Shown here: positions 43,690 to 50,810 of the stretch, piece by piece
How the letters are laid out: every line of letters begins with the position of its first letter
How positions within the stretch are numbered: position 1 is the stretch's first letter
NCBI GenBank assembly: GCA_023129575.1
Contig: JAGMBS010000001.1
Coordinates: 1-58,602, forward strand
Direction of reading: 5' to 3'
DNA from: Minisyncoccota bacterium
GTDB lineage: Bacteria; Patescibacteriota; Minisyncoccia; Phycocordibacterales; UBA12079
DNA: 58,602 bases
Program-made: the position numbers and the translations under genes
Notes under the pieces: model-generated
Databases searched by the model: none
What the model was told of the DNA's origin: nothing
What the model saw: the letters and a program-made list of their open reading frames with translations, nothing else

Positions 43690-45316
43690 AAAGCATTTTT
43701 TCTAAAACATTTTTTGGAATTTCTTTTTTCTCGCCGCCTGAATTTATCGGACGCGCCGGATGTTCCGTTCGCCAAGTATTTATTTTAGCGGTTGGAACAT
43801 TTAATACCTTTTTCATTTCATCTCCGCTGTTCCCTTGCGTATTTTGAATTGCTTTTGACAGGGCCTCCCTCAATTGGGTTCTGTCGGAACTTATTTTTTT
43901 TTCTGTTTTAATATTGCCAATAGTTTTGAAGTTTTTCTTTCCCTGCAAACTGTTCAGACGAATGCGATTATTATCTTGACGCGGTTTTTTCAGCGCGGGT
44001 TTCTCGTTTTGAACGGGCTTTTTATCAAGCGGTTGATGCCAATCCATTATTTCCTTTTCCACTTCTCTTCTGGGCCGCGTGAATTGCTTGCGCGACATTT
44101 CTATTATTTCCGGCTTATACGAAATTAACGGTTTGGCGATCGGCAGCAAGGTCCGGGCGGAAAACGGCGTTGAACTGATTCCGTCTATCATTAATTTTAA
44201 ATAAACTTGCGCAAAACCCAGATTGACAATATCGTCCATAGTAAATTGGGGCGAAAATTCTTTTTCAAAAATTTCAGCGTCATACGAACCTAAACGAAAA
44301 ATTATCATCGTCCCGATGTTGCCGAAAATGGCGGCTTTTACTTCCTCCTCCATTTGTTCCACATATTGGTGGGCGATTGTCAGATTGAGCTTGTATTTTC
44401 TCGCTTCCGACAAAATATCGGCAAAAGATTTATTGGCGAAAGATTGAAATTCGTCCACAAAAAAATAGAAATTGGGTAATTTATTCAGTTCCTCCTGAGA
44501 AGCATCGGCGCGCGACATCGCCGCCAAATAAATTTTGGTAATCAGCATACTCCCCAATAAATTGGCGCTGGCCTCTCCCACTTGTCCTTTTGACAAATTG
44601 ATTATCAAAATCTTTTTCTGGTCCATTATTTCTCTAATGTCAAAAGAAGATTTTGTTTGCCCGATAATATTTCGCACAATCGGGTTGGACACAAATTGCC
44701 CAATTTTGTTTTGGATAGCCGCGCCGGCTTCCTGCATATAACGGTCGCCGTATTTGGCAAATTCATCCGTCCAAAAGGCCTTGACGGACGGATCGCTCAC
44801 ATTATCCACAACTTTCTGGCGATAATTTTTATCGGACAACATCCGATTAACGCCCAATAAAGTCGCGTCCGGATATTCCAGAAGAGCTAACAAAATATTA
44901 TTCAAAATGTATTGCATCCGGGCCGACCAAGCATCCACCCAAATTTTCTCAAAAGCGCTCATCAAACCGCTCACGACAAGATGTCTTTTATCGGGTTCCA
45001 CATTTTCCAAAACATTGAATGAAATCGGATTTTCCAAGTCAAACGGCGCAAAATAAATAACATCTTCTATCCGCTCTTCGGGAACATAATCCAAAAGCAA
45101 ATCGGCCGTTTTGCCGTGCGGATCCATAAAAGCCATCCCGTTGCCGTTTTTAATGTCCTGCGCCGCCATATTTTCAAGCATTGTGGATTTCCCCATTCCC
45201 GTTTTTCCGATAGTATAAATATGGTTTGTCCGGTCTGACGCTTTAATGCCGAAAGGCATCCTTTTATTGCGGCGATCAACTTCGGCAAAATATGTAATTG
45301 GATTATCGCTATCCAT
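43664..45316 (-). CDS. VirD4/TraD-like (T4SS coupling-protein-type, HerA/FtsK superfamily) P-loop ATPase, soluble, with basic C-terminal tail
   Basis: 550 aa. Walker A GKTGMGKST, Walker B FYFFVDEFQSF, TIAHQY. No N-terminal TM segment. The C-terminal 130 aa are Lys/Arg/Gln-rich and low in complexity. Confidence 0.75.
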   Translation of the reverse strand: MDSDNPITYFAEVDRRNKRMPFGIKASDRTNHIYTIGKTGMGKSTMLENMAAQDIKNGNGMAFMDPHGKTADLLLDYVPEERIEDVIYFAPFDLENPISFNVLENVEPDKRHLVVSGLMSAFEKIWVDAWSARMQYILNNILLALLEYPDATLLGVNRMLSDKNYRQKVVDNVSDPSVKAFWTDEFAKYGDRYMQEAGAAIQNKIGQFVSNPIVRNIIGQTKSSFDIREIMDQKKILIINLSKGQVGEASANLLGSMLITKIYLAAMSRADASQEELNKLPNFYFFVDEFQSFANKSFADILSEARKYKLNLTIAHQYVEQMEEEVKAAIFGNIGTMIIFRLGSYDAEIFEKEFSPQFTMDDIVNLGFAQVYLKLMIDGISSTPFSARTLLPIAKPLISYKPEIIEMSRKQFTRPRREVEKEIMDWHQPLDKKPVQNEKPALKKPRQDNNRIRLNSLQGKKNFKTIGNIKTEKKISSDRTQLREALSKAIQNTQGNSGDEMKKVLNVPTAKINTWRTEHPARPINSGGEKKEIPKNVLEKMLYVKRPENK

Positions 45317-45368
45317 ACAGCAAGTATAAAGTCAAACGATTATAAAGTCCATAAAATTAAAACTGAGT

Positions 45369-45539
45369 AAAAACCCGAAACAAGTTCCTCCAAATAGACT
45401 TTCGGAGCCCGAGCGAGGTCAGGGATTTTGGCTTTTCCAAAATCATTGAGCGAGGGCGAGAAGGAACAAATTTTTTTCAGACCCGTTAGGGAGAAAAAAA
45501 TATTGTGTTCTGTTTGGGGGAAGTTTGTTGAGGGTTTTT
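45369..45539. repeat. Intergenic structured repeat, copy A (family with 49931-50123 and 56430-56618)
   Basis: Nearly identical to copy B outside a central hairpin. The termini AAAACCCGAAACAAGTT / AAGTTTGTTGAGGGTTTTT are mutually complementary. Confidence 0.8.
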
Positions 45540-45568
45540 GCGGATTATAAAAACAAAAATCAGGTCTC

Positions 45569-46771
45569 CTATTCCAATTTTAAGGCGTCTTTCGTGTATC
45601 TATTGGCAGCCGACCAAAGCATCCAACCGTTTAAGCCGGCGTCATAAACCGCCTGAATTTGAGCGCGCACCATCTCCGCGGTATAATCGGCGCCCAAATC
45701 AAAATCTTGCAACCACGGCCTTAATTTATTGGGAGTTGTGCTGGCCCGGCGCGCTTTTTCCACCGCGCAATCCATTGAATATTTAACCACTTCATACGGG
45801 TGTTCCGCCGGATTGGCCAAACCGATAAAATCATTTGGATAATGCGAGGGATAAACCATCGGCGCGACAAAATCAAAAGATAGCAAAGCGTCTTCCAAAA
45901 TCTGTCCGATATTCAAATCATCGCCGTTCGTAGTGGTCATTCCAAATAAATCCACGGACAGAACAGCATCTGTATTCTTTAAACTATTGTCTAAATACAC
46001 AAAAAATTCCCGCAATATTTTGGACTTGCCTTTGTCCGGGTCGGAAATAACTCTGTCTTCGCTGAGAGGATAATAAATTTGCGTCATATCGCCATCAGAA
46101 GGAAAACGGACATAATCAAAATTAATTTCATCAAAACCGATTTGATAGGCCTCTTGAGCCAAAGTAATCATATAATTCCAGACCTCAATTGAACCGGCGT
46201 CCAACCAACTAAGGCCTTTATAGTCCCTCCAAATAGCGCCATTTTTTGTAATTTTAACGGCCAAGTCCGGCCGTTGCTTCACAAAATGCGGGTCCTGAAA
46301 AACCGAAACACGCCCGATGACATAAATATCTTTATTATGTAAATGTTCAAGAAATTCTTTAATATCAGGAATGCGATTTTCAAAAGCGTTATATTTTCGC
46401 AATTTTTTATTTTGCGTCTCAAAAGCGATTTTGCCCGTATAATCTTTTATGTCTATCACGACAGAATTAAGTTCCGTGTTATCTATTAAATCTACCAAGC
46501 GATTTCTGATACTTTTTTCACCGGCTACCCAGCTCGTCATATAAATCGCCTTAACCGGTTTGGGGGTTTGAATATGAGAAACAATTTCGGGTTTCGCTTG
46601 GGAAAAACCTTTTGCGACAGTCGCTTGATTTAAATAATGTTCAACTGTTGAACCAAAATAATAAGTATGCGATAAAATAAAAAAAGCAAAAAAGGCAAAA
46701 ACAAAAACACCGCTCGCGCATATTGCTTTTTTAAAAATTTTAATTTTATTTTTCTTCATTTGGGTAATCAC
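45569..46771 (-). CDS. Putative glycoside hydrolase, COG1306/DUF4015-type TIM barrel, N-terminal membrane anchor
   Basis: 400 aa. KAIYMTSW...NSVVIDIKDYTGKIAF...GFDEINFDYVRFP...RPWLQDF pattern of the GHL-type family. Confidence 0.65.
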   Translation of the reverse strand: MITQMKKNKIKIFKKAICASGVFVFAFFAFFILSHTYYFGSTVEHYLNQATVAKGFSQAKPEIVSHIQTPKPVKAIYMTSWVAGEKSIRNRLVDLIDNTELNSVVIDIKDYTGKIAFETQNKKLRKYNAFENRIPDIKEFLEHLHNKDIYVIGRVSVFQDPHFVKQRPDLAVKITKNGAIWRDYKGLSWLDAGSIEVWNYMITLAQEAYQIGFDEINFDYVRFPSDGDMTQIYYPLSEDRVISDPDKGKSKILREFFVYLDNSLKNTDAVLSVDLFGMTTTNGDDLNIGQILEDALLSFDFVAPMVYPSHYPNDFIGLANPAEHPYEVVKYSMDCAVEKARRASTTPNKLRPWLQDFDLGADYTAEMVRAQIQAVYDAGLNGWMLWSAANRYTKDALKLE

Positions 46772-46970
46772 AATCGCAATTTTCTATAAAAACTCGCCCT
46801 TGCGATTTCTCGCGGTTATCTGATTTAGAATTAATTTCTCCACGACAAGAAAAAGACCTTCCAAATATCACAAGGCCTAAAATTACGAAAATAATGGTTT
46901 TCCAAAAAACCGGAATACCCAAAAATGGCAAAATAGCCACCGCCAACCCCAAAATCGCGATTGTTTTCAT
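46746..46970 (-). CDS. Small two-TM membrane protein (hypothetical)
   Basis: 74 aa. MKTIAILGLAVAILPFLGIPVFWKTIIFVILGLVIFG. It overlaps the downstream gene start by 26 nt. Confidence 0.35.
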   Translation of the reverse strand: MKTIAILGLAVAILPFLGIPVFWKTIIFVILGLVIFGRSFSCRGEINSKSDNREKSQGRVFIENCDCDYPNEEK

Positions 46971-46985
46971 TGCCGCAATTATACC

Positions 46986-47684
46986 TTATTTATTTTGAAC
47001 AACAAAGACAAATTCGCCTTTTATTTTATCCGGATTTTTTTCAAAATATGAAATAAGTTCCGTGATATTTCCGGAAATAGTTTGTTCGTGAACTTTAGTT
47101 AATTCTTTTGCAACCACAATTTTCCGAGTTTGGATTTGATTCATCTCGTCTAATTGAGTTTTTAACATTTTCAAGGTTTTCAAAACACGATGAGGCGATT
47201 CATAAAAAACCGCCGTCCGTTTGGAATTGACAATTTCTTTCAGTAAAGTTTGTTTGCCTTTTTTATGCGGCAAAAATCCCAAAAATAAAAACTGGTCCGC
47301 CGGCAAACCGCTCGCGGACAAAGCCGTAATCAGCGCGCTGGCGCCCGGAATGGGAATGCTTTTTATTTCATCCCCAAATTTTTCTCTGATTTGCGCGACC
47401 AATTGAAAGCCCGGATCTGAAATGGTAGGAGTGCCCGCGTCCGACACTAAAGCCAAGTTTTTTCCTTCTGCCAATAAATCCAAAATCTTTTGGGTTTTGA
47501 AAGTTCCGCTAAAAGAATGATAACTGAGTGTCGGTGTCATAATTTTGTATTTGGCCAAAAGTCGTTTTGTGACCCGTGTATCTTCGCACAACACAAAATC
47601 TACTTCTTTAAGTATCCTTAAAGCCCGCAATGAAATATCCTCCAAATTTCCAATTGGCGTTCCGATTATATAAAAATTATTCAT
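46986..47684 (-). CDS. rsmI: 16S rRNA (cytidine1402-2'-O)-methyltransferase
   Basis: 232 aa. IIGTPIGNLEDISLRALRILKEVDFVLCEDTRVT and GASALITALS motifs. Confidence 0.9.
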   Translation of the reverse strand: MNNFYIIGTPIGNLEDISLRALRILKEVDFVLCEDTRVTKRLLAKYKIMTPTLSYHSFSGTFKTQKILDLLAEGKNLALVSDAGTPTISDPGFQLVAQIREKFGDEIKSIPIPGASALITALSASGLPADQFLFLGFLPHKKGKQTLLKEIVNSKRTAVFYESPHRVLKTLKMLKTQLDEMNQIQTRKIVVAKELTKVHEQTISGNITELISYFEKNPDKIKGEFVFVVQNK

Positions 47685-47688
47685 CCTG

Positions 47689-47761
47689 AGCCACCTGTCA
47701 GATTCGAACTGACGACCTACGCGTTACGAGTGCGTTGCTCTTCCAACTGAGCTAAGGTGGC
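47689..47761 (-). tRNA. tRNA-Thr (anticodon CGU)
   Basis: Manual cloverleaf: GCCACCT/AGGTGGC acceptor, GCTC/GAGC D stem, anticodon loop CTCGTAA, GTCAG-TTCGAAT-CTGAC T arm. 73 nt, no encoded CCA. Confidence 0.85.
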
Positions 47762-47766
47762 AAATG

Positions 47767-47839
47767 AGCCCAGAAGCAGAATTGAACTGCTGACCTCTCG
47801 CTTACCATGCGAGTGCTCTACCAGCTGAGCTATCTGGGC
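47767..47839 (-). tRNA. tRNA-Thr (anticodon GGU)
   Basis: Manual cloverleaf: GCCCAGA/TCTGGGC acceptor, CTCGC/GCGAG anticodon stem, loop ATGGTAA, AGCAG-TTCAATT-CTGCT T arm. 73 nt. Confidence 0.85.
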
Positions 47840-47909
47840 ATTATAATTTATTTCTTCACAAATATTCTCAAATACAATAAACCGCTAATTATTTATATGC
47901 ACCAAAATT

Positions 47910-48773
47910 TTATTGTGAATTTTTGTATGCCGTTTGAAGTAGTTCTGTTAGAAAAACTTGGTTATTCTGGACATCTTTTTCATCTAATCTAAATCTATAA
48001 ATACCCCATTTTTTAAAATATTCTGCATCTTTTATACCACTTTCATCGATTTTCTTTTGAATTTCATCCGAATAAGGCAGTTTAATTTCTAAATTTAACA
48101 ATTTCCTTTTAGGTCGAAAAGTAGCAAAATTGTTGGGTCGTTTATTTTTTGTCAAACCAATATAAAACTTATTATAGTTAAACTCATATCCCTCAGTAAA
48201 ACTTTGTATAAATTCTAAAATTTTATCAGCAGTTTTAACAGTAATTTCAGAACCGTTTTTTATCCAATAATTCCTGTCAGTTATTTCTTTTACTTCATCT
48301 TCTTCATCCGTTCCTAAAACCAATTCATCCAAAACTGTTATAAAATTAAGTCCTATATTTTCACCTATTTGAGAAGCCTGCATCTTAATCGCTATTAAAG
48401 GAATATGTCCATTAAACAAATTTATAATATTAAAAAAACGAGCAGTAATGTCTTCAGCGACAATAACCGCACAATGATCATACTGAGGATATCTTTTTCT
48501 TTCTCTGTCCCAATACTCAATTGTTCTTATAATATGACTTTCATCCACTTTTCCCAATTGTATTTCCACTTCATACCGTCGTTGAGTTTCTGGGTCTTGC
48601 AGTAATAAATCAAGACGACCGGCTTGAGGTTGTATTCTTTCAGTATCCTTTAACACCAAGTCCCCCAATCCTAAAATTGATGGATTTTCCGCTATTTCTT
48701 TTTGAATTATTTGTTCATTTATTTCAGGATTATCAGAAAGACTTATTTTGTTTGGATAAATTATTTTTGACAT
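47910..48773 (-). CDS. Hypothetical protein with PD-(D/E)xK nuclease-like N-terminal half
   Basis: 287 aa. GRLDLLLQD...YEVEIQLGKVDESHIIRTIEYW resembles the D...E-x-K/Q core of the NucS/DUF91/DUF4268-type nuclease fold. It lies between tRNA genes. Confidence 0.4.
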   Translation of the reverse strand: MSKIIYPNKISLSDNPEINEQIIQKEIAENPSILGLGDLVLKDTERIQPQAGRLDLLLQDPETQRRYEVEIQLGKVDESHIIRTIEYWDRERKRYPQYDHCAVIVAEDITARFFNIINLFNGHIPLIAIKMQASQIGENIGLNFITVLDELVLGTDEEDEVKEITDRNYWIKNGSEITVKTADKILEFIQSFTEGYEFNYNKFYIGLTKNKRPNNFATFRPKRKLLNLEIKLPYSDEIQKKIDESGIKDAEYFKKWGIYRFRLDEKDVQNNQVFLTELLQTAYKNSQ

Positions 48774-48824
48774 ATTTTATTTTTTACAAACTATAATAAT
48801 TCTGCTTCTAAATCTTTTGTTTTG

Positions 48825-48897
48825 CGCGAGCGACCGGACTTGAACCGGCGACCTCCGCTGTGACAGAGCGGCGCTCTACCAGCTGAGCTACACCCGC
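48825..48897 (-). tRNA. tRNA-Asp (anticodon GUC)
   Basis: Manual cloverleaf: GCGGGTG/CGCTCGC acceptor (two G-U pairs), CCGCT/AGCGG anticodon stem, loop CTGTCAC, GCCGG-TTCAAGT-CCGGT T arm, discriminator G. Confidence 0.85.
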
Positions 48898-48900
48898 AAA

Positions 48901-49599
48901 TTACTTTGGTTTACAATTTTGTTTTTTCAAAAAATTTTCAAAACAGTTTCTCTTTCTCTGTAAAAATAAACTTGTTTCAAGATTATCATACATTAAGTGA
49001 TATAACAATAATGAGTCATTAACACTAAAACTTAAGTCATAAGCCCCACAATTCTTTTTTTTGCACAAACTCCCGCCTTTCAGACCCTTATTCCTTAATA
49101 ATCTAAACATTTCTTTTAAAAATGCAACCGAGGACGAGGTAAATACAGAACGAATCACAAAAGTTTGAGTTTTTCTATGTTTATGAATATACCCTGACCA
49201 TACATTTCCATCTCCGTCAAAATACCCCCTCACGAAATCACCAAAATATTTTTTAGGGACATTAGGAAAATCCATAGTATAAGTTTTTCTTTCTTCCATT
49301 CCTAATTTTCTTAAATCATTACACATCTCTTTGCTTCCAATCTGCAATCTGTATATATCAGATGTGTTTCCTTCCCCTTTTCTTAACGCAATCTTGTGTT
49401 CCGAATCCAAAACTTCTCTCATATTTTCAAGTATTATTTTGTCGCAAATTTGAATACTTATAAAATGCGCGCCTCGTGGATTTACAGTAATAGATCCATC
49501 AGCCATAAAAAATCCTAAAACATAGGACATCTCTGGAGACCATTTTTTAAAAAAGCTTTTATCAACTCGTTTGTATATTGGCATACTGCCATTATACAT
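48901..49599 (-). CDS. Double-motif LAGLIDADG homing-endonuclease-like protein
   Basis: 232 aa. Two LAGLIDADG motifs, YVLGFFMADGSI and FVRGYFDGDGNV. The stop codon lies 3 nt from the 5' end of tRNA-Asp. Confidence 0.8.
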   Translation of the reverse strand: MYNGSMPIYKRVDKSFFKKWSPEMSYVLGFFMADGSITVNPRGAHFISIQICDKIILENMREVLDSEHKIALRKGEGNTSDIYRLQIGSKEMCNDLRKLGMEERKTYTMDFPNVPKKYFGDFVRGYFDGDGNVWSGYIHKHRKTQTFVIRSVFTSSSVAFLKEMFRLLRNKGLKGGSLCKKKNCGAYDLSFSVNDSLLLYHLMYDNLETSLFLQRKRNCFENFLKKQNCKPK

Positions 49600-49643
49600 T
49601 ATGACAGGACATTATACTAACCATTATTGTTGACAAAAAATTG

Positions 49644-49717
49644 TGTCGATGGGAGGATTCGAACCTCCGATCTGGCGCGTATGAGACGCCCGCTTTAACC
49701 AACTAAGCTACATCGAC
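49644..49717 (-). tRNA. tRNA with CAU anticodon (elongator Met, or Ile2 if lysidine-modified)
   Basis: Manual cloverleaf: GTCGATG/CATCGAC acceptor with G1-C72, loop CTCATAC, GGAGG-TTCGAAT-CCTCC T arm. 74 nt. Confidence 0.8.
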
Positions 49718-49773
49718 ATTAAGTATAATATAGCATAATTGCAACGATTTTTGAATAAAAAACACAAACAAAA

Positions 49774-49803
49774 ATGAACGGCTCAACGAGTTGAGCCGTT
49801 CAT
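49774..49803. terminator. Perfect palindrome ATGAACGGCTCAAC-ga-GTTGAGCCGTTCAT flanked by A- and T-runs (bidirectional terminator shape)
   Basis: Same 26-nt core as 38281-38312. AAAA on the left and TTTTTT on the right. It lies between two tRNA genes. Confidence 0.7.
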
Positions 49804-49819
49804 TTTTTTGCATTTCTTG

Positions 49820-49890
49820 TTGCGGGAGTTTGATTTGAACAAACGCCTGGAGATTATGAGCCTCCCGTGCTACCGCTACACTATCCCGCG
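49820..49890 (-). tRNA. tRNA-fMet candidate (anticodon CAU, C1:A72 mismatch)
   Basis: Manual fold: CGCGGGA/TCCCGCA acceptor with an unpaired C1-A72 (bacterial initiator hallmark), GTGT/GCAC D stem, loop CTCATAA, GTTTG-TTCAAAT-CAAAC T arm. It is short (71 nt) and the anticodon stem lacks the full GGG/CCC. Confidence 0.65.
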
Positions 49891-49930
49891 ATAACCACCT
49901 AATTATACACCAACAAAAACAAAAAACAAG

Positions 49931-50123
49931 AAAACCCGAAACAAGTTTCGCCAAACAGACTTTCGGAGCCCGAGCGAAGTTAGGGCCGAGCCCCTTGAGT
50001 TTTTGTTTCAAAAACTCAAGGGGCTCGGTATTGAGCGAGGGCGAGAAGGAACAAATTTTTTTCAGACCCGCAGGGGAAAAAAATATTGTGTTCTGTTTGG
50101 GGGAAGCTTGTTGAGGGTTTTTT
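49931..50123. repeat. Intergenic structured repeat, copy B (with a 19-bp perfect central hairpin at 49986-50028)
   Basis: It aligns with copy A end to end. The central segment is replaced by CCGAGCCCCTTGAGTTTTT-gtttc-AAAAACTCAAGGGGCTCGG. Confidence 0.8.
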
Positions 50124-50184
50124 GAACTAATTTTATTTTATTACATTGAAAACAGGTAGTTGTTTTAGCAACCCTATATAATTT

Positions 50185-50772
50185 CTAAATATATTTAAAC
50201 TCTTCAAACACTTGCCGATATAAATCAATCGCTTTTTTGGCGGTCCGCTTGGTTAAAATCACATCCGACCCCTCGTGGGCTATCATATTCCTGATTTTAT
50301 GCGCTTCCCAAGCGTTGTTAATAGTATTAAAATCGCTTTTTTCAACTTGTTTTAATTTCTCGCCCAAACCTTCGCCACGATAGCCCGCTTTGTCCATCAT
50401 CTCATCTAAAACAACATCCGCGTCCAAAATAGCCAAACGCCATTCTGACGGAGAAGCGGAATTAATATATTCCAAAATTCTTTCCCAACGCTTGTTTCTA
50501 ATTGGCTGGCCCTTTTCCTCAACGGTCGGCGAAATAATAGTGTCAAAAACCTCCGCGTCTTTTTTTAAAACGATTTTCATTTTTTGACGCAGATAAAAAA
50601 GACCGACTGCCAAAACGGCCGAAATAAAAAGGGAAACCAACATTAGCAAAGGCCAGTATTCAATATAAATATCAGCCCAGCGAATTGGATTTAAATAATA
50701 AAAAAAATTCTTAATGAGAAGGTAAATCCAATAATAAATTTGTTGAATATTTAAAAAATCTATGTTTTCCAT
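50185..50772 (-). CDS. Membrane-anchored hypothetical protein with HEPN/DUF4145-like C-terminal domain
   Basis: 195 aa. One TM (LLMLVSLFISAVLAVGLFYL). The C-terminal helical domain has AHKIRNMIAHEG (R-x4-H). The assignment is tentative. Confidence 0.35.
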   Translation of the reverse strand: MENIDFLNIQQIYYWIYLLIKNFFYYLNPIRWADIYIEYWPLLMLVSLFISAVLAVGLFYLRQKMKIVLKKDAEVFDTIISPTVEEKGQPIRNKRWERILEYINSASPSEWRLAILDADVVLDEMMDKAGYRGEGLGEKLKQVEKSDFNTINNAWEAHKIRNMIAHEGSDVILTKRTAKKAIDLYRQVFEEFKYI

Positions 50773-50810
50773 ACAAACAAGTATAAAGGAGAAAGAAAAA
50801 AGTGGAAAGA

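Noticed and set aside
45482-45570. Possible small peptide encoded in the conserved right half of repeat copies A and B
   Set aside because: The reading frame is broken between the two copies by a 1-nt difference in the A-run. Conservation is therefore at the nucleotide or structure level, not the protein level.
47689-49890. Integrated prophage or integrative element at the tRNA cluster
   Set aside because: No integrase, recombinase or phage-like genes are present, and no duplicated tRNA 3' half (att site) is visible. Only the two nuclease-like ORFs are there.
49703-50011. 102-aa minus-strand ORF (MKQKLKGLGPNFARAPK...)
   Set aside because: It runs straight through two tRNA genes, the palindromic terminator and repeat copy B. 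It is an artefact of non-coding sequence.
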